Both the position numbers and the translations under genes were made by a program. A stretch of 64,000 nucleotides of DNA from an uncultured Methanomicrobiales archaeon (GTDB lineage: Archaea; Halobacteriota; Methanomicrobia; Methanomicrobiales; Methanospirillaceae): assembly GCA_963697895.1 (NCBI GenBank), contig OY969100.1, positions 1,792,001 to 1,856,000 on the forward strand, given 5' to 3'. How positions within the stretch are numbered: position 1 is the stretch's first letter; each line of letters begins with the position of its first letter. Positions 54,530-64,000 of this stretch are shown here, piece by piece. The notes below the pieces were generated by a model. The model was not told the DNA's origin. It worked only from the letters and a program-made list of their open reading frames with translations, and made no database searches.

Positions 54530-55444
54530 ATGCCCGGACGGCAGTGGTATCTGGAGGTGGCGCGGGAACGGGCTGAGGAGGTACGGAGATCGCTTTGGGA
54601 ATCCGGGCTCCTGGACCGGTCCCTCCGTCCCCGGAGCGAGGGAGATACGGTACTCTTTCCGGTCGTCCGGTGGTGCGAGGGAGCCCGGGAAGGGGAGTTC
54701 GAGGTGCATACCCCGCCTGTAATGCTGCCGCGGCACGAGCTGATCGGCGGTATTGCCGTCATGCAGGAACCGGACCGGGAGGCGGCCGCGGTCCTGCTCG
54801 CATCGCGACCGTCGCTCCACACGGTCCTCTTCGCGGAGAGCGATGTCGAAGGGGAGTACCGGACCCGCCGGTTCACCGTGCTTGCCGGGGAACCGACCAC
54901 CCGGACCCGGTACATCGAATATGGCCACCGGTTCCGGATCGATCTCGGCCAGGCCTATTTTTCCGCCCGCCTCTCGGAGGAGCGGCAGCGGGTCCGGAGA
55001 CTGATGGGTACGGACGAGATCGTGCTCGACATGTTCGCCGGGGTCGGGCCGTTTGCCATCACCCTCGCCACACAGGCACGGCTGGTCGTCGCCGCCGACA
55101 TCAATCCGGGAGCCGTGCGGCTCATGGAAGAAAACCTCCTCCTGAACCGGACGAAGAACGTGATCCCCGCCCTCATCGATGCGTCCCGTCTCCCGCTCAT
55201 CGTTCCCTGGCGGTTCGACCGGATCATCATGAACCTGCCGATGGAGGCGGGCCGGTATCTCCCGGAAGCCTTCCGGCTCTGCCGGCCCGGCGGGATGATC
55301 CACCTCTATGCACTCCAGGAAGAGGAGGGGGCACACCTCGCCTGTATCCGGCAGTACCCGGTCTCATCCGTCTCGGAACGGCAGGTCCGGAGTTACTCGC
55401 CGGGGCGGTGGCATGCGGTGTACGATATCACGACAGAGGGATAA
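54530..55444 (+). CDS. Trm5/Met10+-like tRNA methyltransferase
   Basis: YFSARL..ER, DMFAGVGPF, DINP, IMNLP. Confidence 0.85.
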   Translation: MPGRQWYLEVARERAEEVRRSLWESGLLDRSLRPRSEGDTVLFPVVRWCEGAREGEFEVHTPPVMLPRHELIGGIAVMQEPDREAAAVLLASRPSLHTVLFAESDVEGEYRTRRFTVLAGEPTTRTRYIEYGHRFRIDLGQAYFSARLSEERQRVRRLMGTDEIVLDMFAGVGPFAITLATQARLVVAADINPGAVRLMEENLLLNRTKNVIPALIDASRLPLIVPWRFDRIIMNLPMEAGRYLPEAFRLCRPGGMIHLYALQEEEGAHLACIRQYPVSSVSERQVRSYSPGRWHAVYDITTEG

Positions 55445-55472
55445 GGAAAGGGCGAATCCGAAAAAAAGGCGG

Positions 55473-55600
55473 TTATGAGACGGGAACAAATTTCGTCCCG
55501 TAATTTATGAAACGGGAACGAACTTCGTCCCGTAATGGATGAAACGGGGAACAAATTTCGTCCCGCAATTTATGGGACGGGAACAAACTTCGTCCCGTAG
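55473..55600. repeat. Four ~32-bp tandem units, last one being the 3' end of the DUF35 gene
   Basis: ttatg..acgggaac.aa.ttcgtcccgtaa at 55473, 55505, 55537, 55570. Confidence 0.92.
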
Positions 55601-55962
55601 TGGATGACCCCGCTCTCGCCATCGGCCATGATCCGCCGGAAGACCGGCCGGACCTTCATCCCGATCGCTGCCGCTTCCGGGGCACAGACGACCTGGCCGG
55701 TGAGCCGCGGACCCTCGTCGAGGCGGATGATCGCGAGGACATACGGGGTCGCCTGTTCAAACTGCTCGCTGGCGGTCCGGATGATCGTGTACGTCACCAC
55801 TTCCCCCGTTCCCCTGAACTTATGATCGACGATCTCCCCCGCCCGCCGGCAGTCGGGGCAGAACGTCCGGGGCGGGAAGAAGTACCGGTCGCATTGCGTG
55901 CAGTGGGTGCCGATCAGGTTGTACCGCTGCGGGATCTTCCGCCAGAACCGTGCGACAGACAT
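55570..55962 (-). CDS. DUF35 Zn-ribbon/OB-fold scaffold protein
   Basis: CTQC..FPPR..CPDC, PVFRR, YGTKF; follows thiolase. Confidence 0.93.
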   Translation of the reverse strand: MSVARFWRKIPQRYNLIGTHCTQCDRYFFPPRTFCPDCRRAGEIVDHKFRGTGEVVTYTIIRTASEQFEQATPYVLAIIRLDEGPRLTGQVVCAPEAAAIGMKVRPVFRRIMADGESGVIHYGTKFVPVP

Positions 55963-55964
55963 GG

Positions 55965-58176
<2,212 letters not shown>

Positions 58177-58183
<7 letters not shown>

Positions 58184-58887
58184 GGCTCTTCCCTCAGTTT
58201 GCTCACGATCTGATCAATCTCCATCTTTGTACAGAGCACGGTGATATGGTCGCGCTCTGCCATTTTCGGGACGAGCGGATGGACCAGGCCCGGTTCGATC
58301 CCCTGAAGCACCACGCACCGGGGCTTGAAGGGGGTGACCCGGATTGCCACCATCGGTGACTTGCCCGATGAAACTTCGGTAAAGATCAACGCCCGTTCCG
58401 TGCTCCACCCGTAGATCCGGTTGAACTCGTTCGAGGAGAGCTGCAGGATCGCATTCAGGCTGTTGATGACCGTATACCCGAAGATGGACTGGTCCAGGTC
58501 ACCGCACAGGGACGTACATCCGATCGCCTCTGCAAACTGCCGGAGCCCGACCGGCGACGGGTAATCATGCATATCGTAGATCACATCGTCGTCGAACTCG
58601 CTGTACAGCATCTTTGCATATTTCTGCATGTATCTGCCGCCGTTTGCCTCGTCGATCGAAAGGATCGTGTCGACGATCTTTCCCACGACGGCTGTCCCGG
58701 GGCTCTTCCGCCGCCCGCTCTCGTAGTCGCTGATCACGGACGGGGAGACATCGAGCCGATCGGAGAGCACCCCCTGGGGGATGTTGAAGTTCATCCGCCA
58801 TTTCTTCAGGGCCTTGCCCGGGGAGTCTGATAGGGTGATCTCGCCGGCCATCTTCTCGGCCAGCTGATTCCGCAACCCGGATTTCAT
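58177..58887 (-). CDS. XRE-type HTH transcriptional regulator
   Basis: [34 protein letters not shown]. Confidence 0.85.
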
Positions 58888-58984
58888 GTCTTATGAAGTC
58901 GGCAGGGATATTAATATAATTACCGAATGAGGCTTCGACATTTCACGAAGTCCGGCCGAAGCGAATCCATAAATAATATGCATC

Positions 58985-58994
58985 TCAAATTTGA
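58985..58994. promoter_or_regulatory. Palindrome TCAAATTTGA, candidate operator for the HTH-riboflavin kinase
   Basis: Perfect 10-bp palindrome between TATA-like ATAAATA and the ribK ATG. Confidence 0.35.
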
Positions 58995-58998
58995 TAAC

Positions 58999-59667
58999 AT
59001 GGTCATGGCCGAGGATCTCCAGTGCCTGAAGGCGATCGCGCTCATGGGCGGGTGCCGGGGACCGGTCTGGGTCTCCTCGCAGTCGCTCGGCACCGCACTC
59101 CGGATCAGCCCGCAGACCGCATCGCGCCGCCTGCAATCGCTGGAACGCCAGACGCTCGTCACCCGGTCGATCGCGCCGGGCGGCCAGTACATCTCGGTCA
59201 CCCGGCCGGGGGAAGACGAACTCCGGCGGGAATACGCCGATTATTGCCGGGTCTTCTCCCGGGAAGGAGTCCATTACAGCCTTTCCGGCTGCGTGATCAC
59301 CGGGCTCGGAGAGGGACGATACTACATGAGCCTGGAGCCCTATCGCCGGCAGTTCAGGGAGCACCTGGGTTTTGAACCTTATCCGGGAACCCTCAATCTC
59401 CGGCTGAACTCCCCGGGGATCCAGTACCGGAAAAAAATGGAGACCCTGGAATGGATTCCCATTCATGGATTCAGGGCGGAAGAACGGACGTTCGGGGATG
59501 TACGCTGCATTCCGTGCCGCATCGGGGATATCCGGTGCGGGATCGTGGTTCCGGGGAGGACGCACTACCCGGAAGACATCGTCGAGCTGGTCGCCCCGGT
59601 CGGGCTCCGGGAAGAACTGGGACTGAAAGACGGGGATATGGTCACCGTGGAGGTGGATTATGATTGA
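58999..59667 (+). CDS. ribK: CTP-dependent riboflavin kinase with N-terminal winged HTH (RbkR type)
   Basis: SPQTASRRL, GLGEGRYY, PYPGTLN, RTHY. Confidence 0.93.
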   Translation: MVMAEDLQCLKAIALMGGCRGPVWVSSQSLGTALRISPQTASRRLQSLERQTLVTRSIAPGGQYISVTRPGEDELRREYADYCRVFSREGVHYSLSGCVITGLGEGRYYMSLEPYRRQFREHLGFEPYPGTLNLRLNSPGIQYRKKMETLEWIPIHGFRAEERTFGDVRCIPCRIGDIRCGIVVPGRTHYPEDIVELVAPVGLREELGLKDGDMVTVEVDYD

Positions 59668-60346
59668 AGATGCGGTCAGGGAACTCGCCGCCGGGAAATT
59701 CATTTTACTGTACGATTTCGATGATCGGGAACGGGAAACGGACTTTGCGATACGGGCGGATGCGGTGACCCCGGCCCACATCCTCCGGATGAGAAAGGAC
59801 GGCGGGGGGCTGATATGCACGGCGATCCACCCGGACGCGGCAAAAATTCTTCGCCTGCCATTCGCGAGCGACCTCTTCCGGGACTGCGGGAGGAGCGAGC
59901 TTGCCGGCGTGGTGGAGAAGCCGGGGGATATCCCGTACGATCGGAGAAACCATTCATCCTTCTCCCTCTGGGTGAATCACCGGAGCACGTTCACGGGTAT
60001 CACGGACCGGGATCGCGCCATGACGATCAATGCGGTCGCCGACGAGGTGAAACGATCGATGAACGGCGGGGGAGCCGATTTCCATGCACAGTTCCGGACC
60101 CCCGGGCATGTGGCCATCCTGCGGGCCGCTGACGGCCTCCTCGACCAGCGAACCGGGCAGACAGAACTGTCGGTGGCACTGGCAGAACTCGGCGGGATCA
60201 CTCCGGCGATCACCATCTGCGAGATGCTCGATGACGAATCCGGCAACGCGCTTTCAAAAGACGATGCAATGAAATACGCACGGAGACACGGGCTTGTCTT
60301 TATTGAAGGGCGCGAAGTGATCGACCGGTGGCGACAGAAGCGGTAG
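59660..60346 (+). CDS. ribB: 3,4-dihydroxy-2-butanone 4-phosphate synthase
   Basis: DRERETD, GGLIC, TGITDRDR, PGHV, ICEM. Confidence 0.95.
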   Translation: MIEDAVRELAAGKFILLYDFDDRERETDFAIRADAVTPAHILRMRKDGGGLICTAIHPDAAKILRLPFASDLFRDCGRSELAGVVEKPGDIPYDRRNHSSFSLWVNHRSTFTGITDRDRAMTINAVADEVKRSMNGGGADFHAQFRTPGHVAILRAADGLLDQRTGQTELSVALAELGGITPAITICEMLDDESGNALSKDDAMKYARRHGLVFIEGREVIDRWRQKR

Positions 60347-60577
60347 GGTCGAAACGGGCGTATTTCGTCCCCGAATGATTTTTTCGAAAGACTGTACCGT
60401 TGGGAGGATTTTCGTCCTCCCGAACGCGGAATACTTCTTCTTTAACGGGTGTTTCATCAGATTTTTATAGATGAGAACCAGATTAGTCTGCGACAGGATT
60501 GTGCGTCCGGAGGTGAGAATGCTCTCGAACTCCCCCGCGCTCTCCCCCCGTCGCTCTGATATTCGAGAGGGAGAATT

Positions 60578-60802
60578 ATGGTACATGTTGTGATCGATCG
60601 CGAGGCCTGCGTCAGCTGCGGGTCATGTTATGATGTCTGCCCGGAATTTTTTGAGGAGAACCCCGGGGATTCGTTCAGCCAGGTTATCGAAAAGTACCGG
60701 ACCGGGGGAGAACCCGGTGAAGGAGATGCCCCGGATACGCTCGAGCAGTGCGCCACAGACGCGGCTGATGCGTGCCCGGTGCAGATCATCCATATCGGAT
60801 AG
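60578..60802 (+). CDS. Monocluster ferredoxin
   Basis: CVSCGSC...CP ... ACPVQII. Confidence 0.92.
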   Translation: MVHVVIDREACVSCGSCYDVCPEFFEENPGDSFSQVIEKYRTGGEPGEGDAPDTLEQCATDAADACPVQIIHIG

Positions 60803-61057
60803 CGAAGAATGGGGAACCCCGTTCATCCTCAGTTTTTTTGGTTCCGGTAACGGGGATTCACTCTTGCACGAACTTCCTGTATGGACCGATCGCGATCTCT
60901 TCAGAGTTCTCCCAAGAAGGGCTTCCTGTAAACCGTTGGAGAGAAAGCCCTGAAAATGTGATGCCGCGTTTATTTTCTGTGAATGAAGATTTTTTTCCGT
61001 CCAACGCACGCGGGGACGCTTCAGAAAAGATGAAAGGGGAGTTCTTCTTCCTGCGAT

Positions 61058-61519
61058 CTATGCGGAGACGCGGGGAAATACCACTCTTGCCAGCCAGAAC
61101 TGCTCGAAAGAATGGATCATGGTGTTGAATTCGGACAGATCGAGTGGCTTGGTAAGGTAGCAGTTTGCATGCAGCTCGTAGGTCATCGTGATATCCTGCT
61201 CGGCCTGCGAGGACGTCAACACCACCACCGGTATCCGTTTCAGCTCGTCATTTTGTTTGATCTCGGCGAGGACTTCCCGCCCGTCTTTCTTCGGGAGATT
61301 GAGATCGAGGAGGATGATATCGGGTACTGGTGCCTCCGCAAAGCGCCCTTTCCGGTAGAGAAATTCCATCGCCGCTTCCCCGTCTTCCACCACGCTGATA
61401 TGGCCGACGATCGTGCTCCCCTTCAGACCCTCCCGTATCAGCCGGACATCCCCGGGATTATCCTCAATCAGGAGGATCTCGATTTTTTCTTCTTCTTTGG
61501 CCATATTCTTTGCCCTCAT
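61058..61519 (-). CDS. Single-domain response regulator
   Basis: LLIEDNPGD, LLDLNLPKKDG, YLTKP, FW. Confidence 0.92.
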   Translation of the reverse strand: MRAKNMAKEEEKIEILLIEDNPGDVRLIREGLKGSTIVGHISVVEDGEAAMEFLYRKGRFAEAPVPDIILLDLNLPKKDGREVLAEIKQNDELKRIPVVVLTSSQAEQDITMTYELHANCYLTKPLDLSEFNTMIHSFEQFWLARVVFPRVSA

Positions 61520-61658
61520 TTACCTGGGAAACGCTTCGTTTGAGCAGTCATTTCGAACTATGTCAAGCATAATAGCGGATATACGTTAAAAACATTTTCA
61601 TTGTTCATCATCTGAATACCGGACCGGGAAAAGTGACGTAATGTCAACCCGTCATCCA

Positions 61659-63974
61659 TCATTTCCGCTGTCGTTCGCGGGTCAGATCCTGGGCATACAT
61701 ACGGATCGTGCCGTGCTCGGGAGACAGGTAGATGGATTCCCCGAATATCGCCTTGCCGATCAGGATCTCCCGGTAGAAGAACCCGTCGTCCCCGTTCCGT
61801 AACTCCGCGAGAATCCCGTCCATGTCCTTGGGAAAGAAGAGATCGGGGTTGTTGGGGAGTCCCAGTCTGCGCAGGGCCAGATCACAGGCGATGTTGGCGA
61901 AGGCGACCGACCCGTCGTTCCGGATCTCCAGGATGGGTTGCGGGTTCTCCTGCGTGAATGAAGCGATATGGCGGAACCGTTTTTCACTCATCTCCAGCTC
62001 GCTTGAGAGCCTCTTCATCTCCGTGATGTCCCGTGCGATCGTCGAGCGGCCGATGATCTCTCCCGTCACGCCATAAATCGGGGAGATGGAAGCCGATATA
62101 TCCATGACCCTGCCGTCCTTCCGTATCCTCCGGGTCTCGAAGTGATCGATATGCTCCCCGGTCAGGATCCTCCGGACGATATCCTCCTGTTCATGGGCCC
62201 GGTCGGGCGGGACATTTCCGGTGAGCGGCTTTCCGAGCACCTCCTCCCGGGTCCACCCGTATATCCGTTCCGCACCCGGGTTCCAGGCGATAATGTTCCC
62301 CTCGCGATCACGGCCGATGATCGCATCCTCCGAAGACTCCACGAGCAGGGCAAGGAGCTGACTCTGCTTCTGGGCCTCGACCAGATCGGTGATATCCCGA
62401 AAGATTGTAACCGCCCCGATGATCACATTTCCCTGCGTTACCGGGGTGGCACTCAGCAGAACATCCCGGGCTGTCCCGTCCGGCCCGGTATACCGGACCG
62501 CCGTACCGATCACCCGTTCCCCGGAGAGAGCCCGGTTCACGACCGAATCCTCCGGTTGAAGGGTGTCTGCATCGGGTATGGTTGTTCCCGGATTCCCGGG
62601 AGTCTTATGGTGAATATCTTCATCCCTGATCCCGACGATCTCCCGTGCGGCGTCGTTGACGACGAGATAGTTCCCGGAAGCATCATACACGATGATGCCG
62701 TCTCCCGCCTCCCGGAGGATCGCCTCGAGGAATTTCTTCTGTTCCCGGATCTCCTGCTCCGCTCTCTTCCGCTGGGTGATGTCCTGGCCGATGCCGTAGA
62801 GGAGCGTTCTGTTCCCGATCGTGAGCGGTACAACCTGTAACAGCATGCTCTTCGTCCTGCCATGCACCGTGTATTCGGTCTCGATCGTGCGTCTTCGCGC
62901 CTGGGGTGGCTTCAGAGACGGTCGGATCTGTTCAAACCCCGGCATCCACTCGGTTACGGGGCGATCCTGCATATCTTCCATTCTCCGTTCCATGAACTCA
63001 AGGGCTGCGATATTTGCGTCCGTGAGCTCCCCGTGGTCACCCGCGATGATGATCGGGTTTAAATGGTTGTCAAAGATGGTCCGGAATTTCTGTTCGCTCT
63101 CGATGAGGGCGTCTTCATTCCGCTTACGGGCAATTACCTGAACGAACAGGTTTCCTATCGTACCGAGGAGGCTCTGGTCAGCTCCCGACCATTTTTTCGC
63201 CCTCCGGTGCATCACGGCAAAGATACCGATGAGTTCGCCGTTGAGCGTGAGCGGGAGATACAATACGCTTTTCGCTCCGATATTTTTCCAGAACGCCTGT
63301 TCGGCCTGGGCTTCAGGGGGAAGAGAACCGGTATTCGCGACCATCACCGTCTCGCCCGCCGCCAGCCGGGGCATCAGCCACCGGTATCCCTCGACGGAGG
63401 TCCCCGTCACAAACGGTTCGATCGTTTCGGTTCTCCGGGCACACCACTCGTATATCTCTTCGATAGTGGTTCCATCGTCAGATAGAAGGCCTGTCAGGCA
63501 CCGTTCCGCACCGGTACATTCTCCGATTCTCCCGAGAATGAGCCGGATGTCTTCGAAGATCTGCCCGGTTGGCGCACTGATGAACTGCCGTGCGATCGTC
63601 GAAATAAGTTCCTCTTTCCTGATCCGGTCCAGGAGTGCTTCCTGTGCTTTTTTCAGTTCCTTTATGTCCCGGCCCGGGCTTTTTGGAGTCGGGTGGGGTT
63701 CGCCTGCAGCGTTCCATTCATCTTTCGACCGTCGGGTCTCTCTTAATGCCGGGACGCTCTCATCCCGGGGGGAGGATCTTCGCTCAAGGAAGTCCTGGAG
63801 CATCTGCCTGACCTCCGGACATGCATCGCGGTGTTCCTCGTTTTCTTCAAGAAACCGCTTGATTTCCCTGATTGCCTGATCTACCGTCATGCTTTTACTC
63901 TTCCCGTCCGGCACGACGATCGCCCCCTCCGGGTCTCTGCGGGTTCCATCCTGTGCGGGAATCCCCCCGGGCAC
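61659..63974 (-). CDS. GAF + multi-PAS sensory protein without visible kinase domain
   Basis: GAF (EWCA...LPL), PAS/PAC ends QDITQRK, RDITD, RDITE; start uncertain, could lie beyond window. Confidence 0.8.
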   Translation of the reverse strand: MPGGIPAQDGTRRDPEGAIVVPDGKSKSMTVDQAIREIKRFLEENEEHRDACPEVRQMLQDFLERRSSPRDESVPALRETRRSKDEWNAAGEPHPTPKSPGRDIKELKKAQEALLDRIRKEELISTIARQFISAPTGQIFEDIRLILGRIGECTGAERCLTGLLSDDGTTIEEIYEWCARRTETIEPFVTGTSVEGYRWLMPRLAAGETVMVANTGSLPPEAQAEQAFWKNIGAKSVLYLPLTLNGELIGIFAVMHRRAKKWSGADQSLLGTIGNLFVQVIARKRNEDALIESEQKFRTIFDNHLNPIIIAGDHGELTDANIAALEFMERRMEDMQDRPVTEWMPGFEQIRPSLKPPQARRRTIETEYTVHGRTKSMLLQVVPLTIGNRTLLYGIGQDITQRKRAEQEIREQKKFLEAILREAGDGIIVYDASGNYLVVNDAAREIVGIRDEDIHHKTPGNPGTTIPDADTLQPEDSVVNRALSGERVIGTAVRYTGPDGTARDVLLSATPVTQGNVIIGAVTIFRDITDLVEAQKQSQLLALLVESSEDAIIGRDREGNIIAWNPGAERIYGWTREEVLGKPLTGNVPPDRAHEQEDIVRRILTGEHIDHFETRRIRKDGRVMDISASISPIYGVTGEIIGRSTIARDITEMKRLSSELEMSEKRFRHIASFTQENPQPILEIRNDGSVAFANIACDLALRRLGLPNNPDLFFPKDMDGILAELRNGDDGFFYREILIGKAIFGESIYLSPEHGTIRMYAQDLTRERQRK

Positions 63975-64000
63975 CGGACCGGCCCTGATCCTCTGCGTGA

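Noticed and set aside
55473-55600. Mini CRISPR array (32-bp palindromic repeat)
   Set aside because: Repeats are directly adjacent without spacers and one is coding sequence

Overview
Archaeal chromosomal segment, most consistent with a Methanomicrobiales methanogen (aIF-1A, WtpABC, thiolase/HMG-CoA synthase/DUF35, HTH-fused CTP-dependent riboflavin kinase). In order: ppx (partial) divergent from pstS-pstCA(fused)-pstB-phoU; a ~20 kb same-strand locus (6.8-26.8 kb) in which a WtpABC tungstate/molybdate transporter sits among secreted or surface proteins carrying six copies of one uncharacterised domain, five sulfite-oxidase-fold-like modules, PKD/PEGA/DUF4430-like repeats, a metallophosphoesterase, three cohesin-like domains and one dockerin-like domain (best candidate for an undescribed system: a cellulosome-like surface scaffold for metal or cofactor capture); signalling genes incl. 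a HAMP/roadblock cluster; an IS1595 element with intact ends and 8-bp TSD; an AT-rich pilin-like/vWA adhesin island; hicBA; housekeeping genes; several non-coding repeats and a candidate structured RNA. Many genes have single-base frameshifts, probably assembly errors. All domain calls are by-eye motif recognition, not database searches.
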